From: Candidatus Bathyarchaeia archaeon
GTDB lineage: Archaea; Thermoproteota; Bathyarchaeia; 40CM-2-53-6
Length of the DNA stretch: 64,000 nucleotides
Reading direction: 5' to 3'
Assembly: GCA_050013255.1 (NCBI GenBank)
Contig: JBEKFP010000002.1
Location: 96,001-160,000 of the forward strand
Shown: positions 50,582 to 58,899 of the stretch, piece after piece
Layout of the letters: the number at the start of each line of letters is the position of its first letter
How positions within the stretch are numbered: position 1 is the first letter of the stretch
Position numbers and translations under genes: made by a program
Notes under the pieces: model-generated
What the model saw: only the letters and a program-made list of their open reading frames with translations
What the model was told of the DNA's origin: nothing
Database searches by the model: none

Positions 50582-50835
50582 TTCCTACCTTCCGAAACAA
50601 TCTCCACGACACTTCTCTTGGAGGCGTAGGAGATAGGATTCTTACCTTGTTTCTTTATGGCCAACAGTTTGTTTACGACGTCAGCTATGTCTTCGTCCTC
50701 ACCCAACTTTTCCTCAAGACCCTCGGCAAGGATTGCTCTGATAGCCTCGTTTCTACTACGATACCGCCCCTGTTTCATTAACAGGTTAAGCCTGCGAACC
50801 TCGTCGTCATTGAGGCGGAGAGGAATAACTGTCAA
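50578..50835 (-). CDS. Ribbon-helix-helix (CopG/MetJ) antitoxin
   Basis: VIPLRL..DEVRRLN.L..GRYRSRNEAIR; overlaps the PIN gene start. Confidence 0.85.
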   Translation of the reverse strand: MTVIPLRLNDDEVRRLNLLMKQGRYRSRNEAIRAILAEGLEEKLGEDEDIADVVNKLLAIKKQGKNPISYASKRSVVEIVSEGRK

Positions 50836-50844
50836 TATTCATCA

Positions 50845-50863
50845 CGTATACATAATGTATACG
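50845..50863. promoter_or_regulatory. Palindromic operator of the TA operon (CGTATACAT-A-ATGTATACG)
   Basis: Perfect 9-bp inverted repeat between a minus-strand TATA-like TTTTTATT (about 50868-50875) and the antitoxin start. Confidence 0.7.
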
Positions 50864-51011
50864 GGTCAATAAAAACGCATCTCGGAATTTTCTGTTGAAT
50901 TCGTGATGATGGAAATCAATTCCGATCCGCAACCCAAGGCTCGCCCAGCAGCGCAAACACGTGAATGCAACATGTCATCTCCCACGAAAACGCCGCAAAA
51001 TCAACCCCGTC

Positions 51012-51045
51012 TGACTCAGAAAACTGAGTCACCCCCCTGGGGGGT
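51012..51045. repeat. Two abutting inverted repeats (TGACTCAG-AAAA-CTGAGTCA and ACCCCCC-T-GGGGGGT)
   Basis: Read directly from the sequence; function unknown. Confidence 0.7.
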
Positions 51046-51160
51046 ACTTGTAAGCGTGCGCGCGACGAAACCAAGGGTGTGGAACACTGGAAATTAGCTG
51101 CATGACCCAAGAGGTCAGGCGGCTACGACAAGAAAAGGCGTGTGATTCCTTCCAATCTTT

Positions 51161-51457
51161 CTACTTGGGTGGGAGTGGTAGCCCTCGGCAGCCCACCTTT
51201 CCGCGCACTCGGCGGTTGAAGTTCGGGCAGGTGAAACATTCAACGAAAGATACGACCTTCAACTTTACTGGGCAGTCGACGGCTTCCTTCTTCATCTTCG
51301 CCAGCATCTTGCCTTTAACCGCCCCTTTGATGGCTTCCAAGTATTCCTTCGGGGTCGGAACCGCCTTGGGCGGAGAGAATATGTCCACTAGGTACTTGTC
51401 ATCCTCACCCAACTGAACCGGCGTCTTATCATCCGCAGGCGGAGTAGGTTCGCTCAT
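51161..51457 (-). CDS. Small hypothetical Cys-containing (putative Zn-binding) protein
   Basis: VDCPV..SFVECFTCPNF..RVRGKVGC; ATG 51457 preferred. Confidence 0.65.
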   Translation of the reverse strand: MSEPTPPADDKTPVQLGEDDKYLVDIFSPPKAVPTPKEYLEAIKGAVKGKMLAKMKKEAVDCPVKLKVVSFVECFTCPNFNRRVRGKVGCRGLPLPPK

Positions 51458-51559
51458 AAGGGACTCAAGCTTCGGAATGGGCTTCATGCAATTCAATAAA
51501 ACACTTTCGAACAGGTATCAGCTGAATATCCAGCACGTCCATGGTATCGCCAATGCAAC

Positions 51560-52336
51560 TCAAATAATCTTATGGAAAAGGTCCATTCGCTTTCCTAGAG
51601 TTAGCTTCCTCGACAAACCAGACTGCTCGGCCCTGTGAAGGCGGGGTAACCCTCTAACAATCGCGACGGGTATTCGCTCAGTCCCCTGCCCCATAACCAG
51701 CTCAGCTGCAGCCGCAACCTCATCCGCCAAACCAACGAACTTGTACCTTAACTGGTAACCAAAAATGTCCTCTAGGCCTCGATAATCGACGATAGGTTCC
51801 AAACCTGAAACTCCGATGGCGAACTCCACCTGGCCAACCCGAAATGGGCGGCTGTACGTGTCGGCAACGATCACCGCCAGCTTCCTTCCAGACAAAGCCT
51901 CAAGCTTAGCTCTAATTCTCTTAGCTGATGAATCTGAATTCTTCGGAAGCCTAGCATACCCGAGGCGCCCCTTCACATTCGACTTGTCAACACCCGCATT
52001 CACACACACCGTCCCGTCCTTCCTCTCAACGACTAGAGCTTCCCCGTCGGCACGCAAAACCCGTCGCGTATCCATCAGGATTAATTCAACAAGCCTTGCA
52101 TCTTTACCAGTCTTCCGGGACAGTGCCCGAGCTCTGCCACTTGGCCTAATCGTTGAAATGTCAACTTCAAGCCCCTCTGCCTTAGAGACTATCTTCTGAG
52201 AAACAACTATAACGTCACCATCAACAAATCCCAAATTCGCGTTTTTCGCAGCGCCGAATATGCTTTCGCCAACATCGTCGCCTGGTTTCACTAAACCGAT
52301 CCTTTCTAAGCCTATGACTGAAAGTGCTCGGGTCAT
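51560..52336 (-). CDS. cofE: Coenzyme F420-0:L-glutamate ligase
   Basis: VKPGDD, VVSQKIVSKAEG, NAGVDKSN, DTYSRPFRVG, ADEVAAAAELVMGQ, PVAIVRG. Confidence 0.93.
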   Translation of the reverse strand: MTRALSVIGLERIGLVKPGDDVGESIFGAAKNANLGFVDGDVIVVSQKIVSKAEGLEVDISTIRPSGRARALSRKTGKDARLVELILMDTRRVLRADGEALVVERKDGTVCVNAGVDKSNVKGRLGYARLPKNSDSSAKRIRAKLEALSGRKLAVIVADTYSRPFRVGQVEFAIGVSGLEPIVDYRGLEDIFGYQLRYKFVGLADEVAAAAELVMGQGTERIPVAIVRGLPRLHRAEQSGLSRKLTLGKRMDLFHKII

Positions 52337-52396
52337 TTCTCGCACCTTAACCTTTCTGGGAACTGTGAGTTCCAACTGCGACAGCTATACTTGTTG

Positions 52397-52428
52397 CTTA
52401 AATAACGTATGACCATTTCGCGCAAAAC
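52397..52428 (+). promoter_or_regulatory. TATA-like core CTTAAATAACG plus TTCGCGCAAA motif upstream of first hppA
   Basis: The same 11-mer and a near-identical motif occur upstream of the second hppA. Confidence 0.55.
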
Positions 52429-52510
52429 GCACCCACAAAAAACCTACAAGGGTTGATCCAACTGGCCAAAATCGCTTCAGGAGTTCGGTAGCTTGTTTGA
52501 AGTGGGCGTA

Positions 52511-54784
52511 ATGACCTTCGAGGGTCTCGTCCCTTGGGCAATTATCGGAATCGCCATAATCAGTTTGCTGTATGCATGGTGGCTCCGCGGGGGAGTTTTG
52601 AAGAAAGACAAAGGGACCCCCAAGATGCAAGAAGTCTGGAACGCCATCCGTGTTGGCGCTGACGCCTACCTGAATCGGCAGCTTCACACAATTCTCCCAC
52701 TCATAGGCATGTTGGCAGTGGCATTATTCTTCACCGTGTATGTGGTCCAACCCACGTCAGAAGCAACCGAAGTGTTCGGAAAGAACGCACAACTCATCGT
52801 AGCGGTCGGCCGCATGCTGGCCTTCATCCTCGGCGCATCATTCAGCCTTATCGTAGGCCAGTATGGAATGCGTATGGCGGTTCAGGCGAATGTTCGTGTT
52901 GCCTCTGCATCCCGACGAAGCTTCAACGAAGCCTTATCCATCGCCTACTACGCCGGGACAATCACCGGAATGCTAACCGACGGCTTAGGCCTTCTTGGTG
53001 GAACTTCAATCTTCATCATATTTGGGAAGGCGGCGCCAGATGCACTGCTCGGGTTCGGTTTCGGCGGCACACTTCTTGCACTTTTCATGCGAGTTGGGGG
53101 CGGAATATACACTAAGGCAGCGGACGTAGGCGCCGACCTTGTTGGAAAAGTGGAGAAGGACATACCCGAAGACGACCCACGTAACGCTGCCGTAGTTGCT
53201 GATTTGGTGGGCGATAACGTGGGCGACTGTGCTGGAATGGCGGCGGACATCTTCGAATCATATGAAGTAACGATTGTTTCAGCATTGATCCTGGGCTTGG
53301 CCGTGTTGGCTTTTGACCCACAACACAGGCTCATGTGGATACTCATCCCACTCATCATCCGCGGCATCGGCGTCATCTCATCTATCCTTGGAACGTTCAC
53401 TGTGCCTATTTGGACTAGGTTCCCCATCAAGTTTCTCAGGGCCAACAATGCAGAAGACGCGATGTTTCGCTCTTACGAGGTTTCTAGCATTAACACCGTT
53501 TTTTGGGCGTTTATTGTTGCGTGGTTCTATGGGAATGATTGGCGTCTCGGAGCACTCGTGGCCATCGGCGTTGGACTTGCGGTAAGCTTCAACCCACTAA
53601 CCTCCTACTTTACTGCCACGGACAAGAATCCAGTCAAGGATATCGTCAAAGCCACCGAGGCCGGACCGGCAACAACAATTCTTTCTGGCCTAGCGAACGG
53701 GTTCGAATCATCCGTCTGGGCACTCTTGTACATAGTCATCAGCTTCGTCCTAGCTGTCCTGCTCTTTCCACCCGAGAACGGTAGTGTCTACACATTGTAC
53801 GCCATAGCGATGATCGGGATTGGCATGCTAAGCCATACCGGTAACAATGTGGCGATGGATTCCTACGGACCAATCAGCGATAACGCCAACGGCATCGGGC
53901 AGATGGCTTGGGAACAATTAGATGATGAGGAGACGAGGAAGGGCCGGCAGATCATGGCGGACCTCGATTCAGTGGGAAACACCACGAAAGCTATCACCAA
54001 AGGAATAGCCATTGCCTCAGCCGTAATTGCTGCCGTGTCACTCTTCGCATCATACATCACGGCCACAGGTCTGCAGACGATTAGCGTCTCAGATATCAGG
54101 GTCTTCATAGGCCTTCTACTGGGAGGCGCGATGCCGTGGCTGTTCAGTTCACTAAACATCCGAGCCGTCTCGAGGGCAGCCAAAATGATAGTTGAGGAGG
54201 TTCGGCGGCAGTTCCGAATCCCAGGCGTTATGGAGGGTAAAGTGCTTCCGGACTACCGTGAGGTTGTAGGTATCTCTACAGCTGCCGCGCAGAAAGAGCT
54301 GATACCCTTGGCAGTCATAGCGTTGAGCATCCCCATCTCTGTGGGTCTGATGTTGGGCGTTGAAGCGTTGGGTGGTTTCTTGGCCGGTATCATTGTGTCG
54401 GGGCAACTGCTAGCTGTTTTCATGGCCAATGCCGGCGGAGCTTGGGATAATGCGAAAAAGACGATCGAGGATGAGCCACGCGATTTGGCCGCGAATACCG
54501 GCAAGGGCAGTGATCGCCACAAAGCCAGTGTGGTTGGAGACACGGTTGGCGATCCACTGAAGGATACCGCCGGCCCAGCTTTGAATCCCATGATCAAAGT
54601 CGTCAATCTAGTCTCCCTAATCATAGCACCAATCATCGTCGCCGCCAAGACGAGTTGGGCAACTTTTGTTGTCGCTTTGTTACTAATCGCCGCTGCGTCC
54701 TGGGCCCTTTGGCGCAGCAAACATGACGTCTCACTGGAAGAGAAAGCTAGAACTAAAAGTTCAAACATGCCCGACTCAGTCTAG
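52511..54784 (+). CDS. hppA: Membrane-bound H+-translocating pyrophosphatase, K+-independent signature, divergent subtype
   Basis: GGGIYTKAADVGADLVGKVE, EDDPRN, GDNVGDCAGMAADIFES, GNTTKA (Lys), GDTVGDPLKDTAGP. Confidence 0.95.
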   Translation: MTFEGLVPWAIIGIAIISLLYAWWLRGGVLKKDKGTPKMQEVWNAIRVGADAYLNRQLHTILPLIGMLAVALFFTVYVVQPTSEATEVFGKNAQLIVAVGRMLAFILGASFSLIVGQYGMRMAVQANVRVASASRRSFNEALSIAYYAGTITGMLTDGLGLLGGTSIFIIFGKAAPDALLGFGFGGTLLALFMRVGGGIYTKAADVGADLVGKVEKDIPEDDPRNAAVVADLVGDNVGDCAGMAADIFESYEVTIVSALILGLAVLAFDPQHRLMWILIPLIIRGIGVISSILGTFTVPIWTRFPIKFLRANNAEDAMFRSYEVSSINTVFWAFIVAWFYGNDWRLGALVAIGVGLAVSFNPLTSYFTATDKNPVKDIVKATEAGPATTILSGLANGFESSVWALLYIVISFVLAVLLFPPENGSVYTLYAIAMIGIGMLSHTGNNVAMDSYGPISDNANGIGQMAWEQLDDEETRKGRQIMADLDSVGNTTKAITKGIAIASAVIAAVSLFASYITATGLQTISVSDIRVFIGLLLGGAMPWLFSSLNIRAVSRAAKMIVEEVRRQFRIPGVMEGKVLPDYREVVGISTAAAQKELIPLAVIALSIPISVGLMLGVEALGGFLAGIIVSGQLLAVFMANAGGAWDNAKKTIEDEPRDLAANTGKGSDRHKASVVGDTVGDPLKDTAGPALNPMIKVVNLVSLIIAPIIVAAKTSWATFVVALLLIAAASWALWRSKHDVSLEEKARTKSSNMPDSV

Positions 54785-54829
54785 CGAAAACGGAAACATC
54801 TATTCGAATCTTTACAGTTCCCCGGTTCA

Positions 54830-54876
54830 CTTAAATAACGAAACAACTTCCTATGCGAGGTTTGCTTCGCGCGAAA
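54830..54876 (+). promoter_or_regulatory. TATA-like core CTTAAATAACG plus palindrome TTCGCGCGAA upstream of second hppA
   Basis: Identical 11-mer to 52397-52407; perfect 10-bp palindrome at 54866-54875. Confidence 0.55.
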
Positions 54877-54888
54877 GAGGAATAATGC

Positions 54889-56958
54889 TTGCTAATTGAT
54901 TACGTCTTCGTAGTCAGCGCTCTTTCACTTGGCGTGGCCGGTTACGTTGTCACCTGGATAATGAAACAGGACACTGGAACCGCGAGGATGAGGGAGATTT
55001 CTAACGCTATCAAAGACGGTGCCGAAGCATATCTCTCGCGTCAGTACAGAACCATCAGCATAATCGCCATAATTGCGACTATTTTGATGGCGTTTGGCAT
55101 CCGGGATCCTAAGAACGCTTGGCTCGGTGTCGATACTGCCGGCGGCTTCCTCCTCGGCGCGGTATGCTCCAACCTGGCCGGTTACATCGCGATGTACATC
55201 TCGGTCCGCTCGAACGTTCGCGCCGCGCGGGGTGCGATGAGCAGCCTAGACCGCGCACTGAAGATAGCGTTCCGGGGTGGAATAGTCTTCGGGCTAGCGG
55301 TCGTTTCAATGAGCCTACTCGGAATCTCAACGCTATTCCTTGTTTTCAAAGGCGACCCTCGGCTCATTGTTGGCTTCGGGTTCGGGGCCAGCTTCGCAGC
55401 GCTATTCGCCCAATTGGGAGGGGGTATTTACACCAAGGCTGCCGATATGAGCGCAGACCTTGTCGGGAAAGTAGAATTTGGAATCCCAGAAGATGACCCT
55501 CGCAACCCTGCCGTCATAGCAGACCTGGTCGGGGACAATGTTGGCGACATTGCAGGGCGTGGGGCAGACCTGTTCGAATCTATCACCGCCGAAAACATCG
55601 GTGCTATGATACTTGGCCTAGCACCCGCCGTTTACGCTTTATTTGGGATCAACGGCCTCATATTTCCGCTGTTAGCCAGATCCTTTGGATTGATCGGGAC
55701 AATGGTCGGGTCAATGTTCGTGTATTCCCGAAAGAAGGAAGATCCTTTCACCTCGTTAACTCGAGGCCTAATCATTACTGGCGTCATATCTGCAGGAGGC
55801 TTCTACTTCCTAACAGTTGTGCTACTCAACGGTGAAATGAATTTCTTCTTCGCCGCACTTGTCGGAATTGTTGCGGCGGTACTTGTAGCGTGGATAACTG
55901 ACTACTACACCTCGTACCGAAGAAAGCCCACGCTTGAAATCGCCAGCGCCTCAGAAAGCGGCCCTGCACCTGGAATCGCGACGGGTTTCGCCGTCGGAAT
56001 GGAATCATCTGCACTCTTCATAATTGTAATTGGTGCAGCGATCCTGCTTGCTTTCGCTTTAGGGAACGGCTTCGTTTCGGAAGGCGCGCGGTTAGACCTT
56101 ACCGATCCTGCATTCCAGAAGGGACTCTATGGAACAGCGATAGCAACTATGGGCATGCTTTCCGTCACTCCAATGGTCCTTGCAATGGATGGCTTCGGTC
56201 CCATTACGGACAACGCTGGGGGCATCCTCGAAATGTCCGGCGTTACGGCTAAAGCTAGGGCAATTTCAGACCGCCTTGATTCCGTGGGCAACACGACTAA
56301 GGCGTTGACGAAAGGTTACGGCGTCGCATCAGCCGCACTTTCAGCGTTCCTCCTGTTCAGTGCCTTCCTAGAAGTCGCCGGGTTGAAAGGCGTTGACCTG
56401 TCCAGGCCTGGCGTTTTCACCGGCGCCTTCGTCGGAGCCATGCTAATCTTCTTCTTCAGCTCACTCGCGATCAAAGCAGTCGGAAGAACCTCAGCAGTGA
56501 TGATTCGCGAAATCCGCAGGCAGTTCAAGGAAATGCCCGGCATCATGAAAGGCACCGTTAAGCCTGACTATTCACGTTGCATCGACATCAGCACAAAAGC
56601 GGCGTTGAAGAACATGGTTTACCCAAGCATGCTCATCATCATAGCCCCGATAGTTGTCGGCGTACTTCTCGGTGCAGAAGCAGCAGGCGGGCTTCTAATA
56701 GTGGGCACAGTGGTCGGCGTTCTAATGGCACTGTTCATGAATAATGTCGGCGCCGCCTTGGATAACGCCAAGAAGTACATAGAGGCTGGGCATTTGGGCG
56801 GGAAGGGTTCGCAAGTCCACGCCGCAACCGTGATTGGCGACACGCTAGGCGACCCATTGAAGGATACCGCAGGGCCCTCATTGCACGTCGTAGTAAAGCT
56901 CCTAAACACACTAACCCTCGCACTGGCACCCCTATTCATCTTGGCCCTCTTACACTAA
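54889..56958 (+). CDS. hppA: Membrane-bound H+-translocating pyrophosphatase, K+-independent (AVP2-like)
   Basis: FAQLGGGIYTKAAD, GDIAGRGADLFES, GNTTKALTKG, GDPLKDTAGPSLH. Confidence 0.95.
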   Translation: MLIDYVFVVSALSLGVAGYVVTWIMKQDTGTARMREISNAIKDGAEAYLSRQYRTISIIAIIATILMAFGIRDPKNAWLGVDTAGGFLLGAVCSNLAGYIAMYISVRSNVRAARGAMSSLDRALKIAFRGGIVFGLAVVSMSLLGISTLFLVFKGDPRLIVGFGFGASFAALFAQLGGGIYTKAADMSADLVGKVEFGIPEDDPRNPAVIADLVGDNVGDIAGRGADLFESITAENIGAMILGLAPAVYALFGINGLIFPLLARSFGLIGTMVGSMFVYSRKKEDPFTSLTRGLIITGVISAGGFYFLTVVLLNGEMNFFFAALVGIVAAVLVAWITDYYTSYRRKPTLEIASASESGPAPGIATGFAVGMESSALFIIVIGAAILLAFALGNGFVSEGARLDLTDPAFQKGLYGTAIATMGMLSVTPMVLAMDGFGPITDNAGGILEMSGVTAKARAISDRLDSVGNTTKALTKGYGVASAALSAFLLFSAFLEVAGLKGVDLSRPGVFTGAFVGAMLIFFFSSLAIKAVGRTSAVMIREIRRQFKEMPGIMKGTVKPDYSRCIDISTKAALKNMVYPSMLIIIAPIVVGVLLGAEAAGGLLIVGTVVGVLMALFMNNVGAALDNAKKYIEAGHLGGKGSQVHAATVIGDTLGDPLKDTAGPSLHVVVKLLNTLTLALAPLFILALLH

Positions 56959-57088
56959 CGCGGGCAGCCATAGTGCTGGTTCGCCCATTGAACCATCGCT
57001 TCAGTATCAAATTCATCACTCCTTAGTTTTCATGTTGCCAAAGAAGGAACCCTATTAAACGGGTGTAATCGTAGCCGTCTCGGCCTTA

Positions 57089-58297
57089 GTGTTGCAAGAG
57101 GTCATGCGGGCTTCGAGAAGGGGGCAAGCGGTCGAATATGCAATTCGCGATATTATGGTTAAGGCAGAGGAAGTCAGGCGAACCGGAAAGAAGATTCTTT
57201 ACTTAAACATAGGCGACCCCGTCAAGTATGGTTTTGAAACACCTCTCCACATCAGGGACGCCTTGAAGAAAGCAGTTGATGCAGGCTCGAATTACTATTC
57301 AGCATCGGAAGGAGTCAAGGGACTACGTGAAGCGGTGGCCGAGAAAGAAAATTCAGTAAACGGGGCTCATGTTGACCCGCGCAATGTTATGATCACTCAG
57401 GGAATTTCTGAAGCAATCTCCTTCCTGATGGGTGCAATCGTCAATCCTGGAGATGAAGTCCTCCTTCCGGGACCATCCTACTCTCCTTACATGACCTACG
57501 TTAAGTTCTTCGACGGAAAAGCAGTCACATACAGAACTATCGAAGATAGAGGCTGGGCCCCTGACCTATCGGATCTAGAGAGTAAGGTAACCGCACGGAC
57601 ACGTCTTATCGTCATTATCAACCCGAGCAATCCCACTGGCGCAGTTTACTCAAGGAATGAATTGTCACGAATCCTAGAAATTGCTGCTTCCCACCACATA
57701 CCGGTAGCGGCCGACGAAATATACGACAGGATCGTCTACGACGGCGGGTTCACCAGCGTCGCCTCCATTGCCAAGGAAGTTCCACTTTTCGGATTGAATG
57801 GGTTTTCGAAAACGTATATGATGACAGGTTGGCGGCTAGGATACCTGTATCTTCAAGACCCGGGAGATGAAATGAGGGATGTTTGGGATGCAGTGCAAAG
57901 AATATCACGTGTACGGTTGTGCGCAAGCACACCTATTCAGTTCGCCGGTATAGAGGCACTCCGAGGGCCTCAAGGACACATAACCGAAATGGTGTCAAAA
58001 CTAAAACGGCGCCGCGATTTATTCTGGAAACGCGCAAACGAAATTCCCGGACTATTCGCAACCAAACCCGCAGGCGCATTCTACCTTTTTCCTAGAATCA
58101 ATGCGATAGGGCATAGATGGAAGAGTGATTATGAATTCGTCACTGAACTTCTGAAGGAAACAGGGGTTCTGGTCGTCCACGGGTCGGGGTTCGACCCAAT
58201 ATACGGCAAAGACCATTTCAGAGCGGTATTCCTCCCTGACGAGACAATTCTAACCGAAGCTTTCGACGCAATTGAGGATTTTATGAAACGGCGCTGA
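57089..58297 (+). CDS. Class I/II PLP aminotransferase (alanine aminotransferase-like)
   Basis: VEYAIRD, LNIGDP, NPSNPTG, DEIYD, GFSKTYMMTGWRLG. Confidence 0.9.
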   Translation: MLQEVMRASRRGQAVEYAIRDIMVKAEEVRRTGKKILYLNIGDPVKYGFETPLHIRDALKKAVDAGSNYYSASEGVKGLREAVAEKENSVNGAHVDPRNVMITQGISEAISFLMGAIVNPGDEVLLPGPSYSPYMTYVKFFDGKAVTYRTIEDRGWAPDLSDLESKVTARTRLIVIINPSNPTGAVYSRNELSRILEIAASHHIPVAADEIYDRIVYDGGFTSVASIAKEVPLFGLNGFSKTYMMTGWRLGYLYLQDPGDEMRDVWDAVQRISRVRLCASTPIQFAGIEALRGPQGHITEMVSKLKRRRDLFWKRANEIPGLFATKPAGAFYLFPRINAIGHRWKSDYEFVTELLKETGVLVVHGSGFDPIYGKDHFRAVFLPDETILTEAFDAIEDFMKRR

Positions 58298-58358
58298 CTC
58301 AAATCAATCCTGTAAAGGTTTAATTTGAGTCTTCAACTAGAAAGGTAGGTTTCAAACC

Positions 58359-58535
58359 ATGTCGGAAGAAAGCGAGCAACGGCCCGCCGGCATAATGTAC
58401 GAATGTATAAGCTGCGGACAACACTTAACCGCCGATCAGTTAGCCATGACACCGGAGATTAAATGCCCGTTTTGCGGATACCGAGTCCTCCGTAAGGCCA
58501 GGCCGCCCATCGTGAAACGTGTAAAGGCACGCTGA
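58359..58535 (+). CDS. rpoP: DNA-directed RNA polymerase subunit P (Rpo12)
   Basis: Below the ORF-track cutoff. Translates MSEESEQRPAGIMYECISCGQHLTADQLAMTPEIKCPFCGYRVLRKARPPIVKRVKAR, with YxCxxCG..CPxCGYRVLxKxRP. Confidence 0.93.
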   Translation: MSEESEQRPAGIMYECISCGQHLTADQLAMTPEIKCPFCGYRVLRKARPPIVKRVKAR

Positions 58536-58573
58536 TTTCTTAGGCTCTGACCCTCAAGCCCACCCGGCACAAG

Positions 58574-58894
58574 CTAGTGGGTGTTTGCACCGTGCCCAGT
58601 TGTAGTGGTCTTGTTTCTCATAGTATAACCGACTAAGAAGATTTCAACGATTATGTTACCAATCGCGAACACTAGAGATGAGGTGAGATTGATTGACAGA
58701 ATATACAATCCCAGTAGACAAGCCAAAACCAGGACAAAGAGGAACTCTTTCAACCTAACACGAATTGTTCCACTCTCTGTCGATCGATTCTTTCTTCGGT
58801 GATAAAGGTAGAAACTTACAGCTATCAGGAAGACAGTACACCATGTGATGCTCACAGCCCACACGAAGAGCAGCTCTGAATATTTCATTGTCAT
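58574..58894 (-). CDS. Small three-TM hypothetical membrane protein, last gene of the mgtA operon
   Basis: Starts 5 nt after the mgtA stop; GGTGA upstream; hydrophobic segments. Confidence 0.65.
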   Translation of the reverse strand: MTMKYSELLFVWAVSITWCTVFLIAVSFYLYHRRKNRSTESGTIRVRLKEFLFVLVLACLLGLYILSINLTSSLVFAIGNIIVEIFLVGYTMRNKTTTTGHGANTH

Positions 58895-58899
58895 TCACC

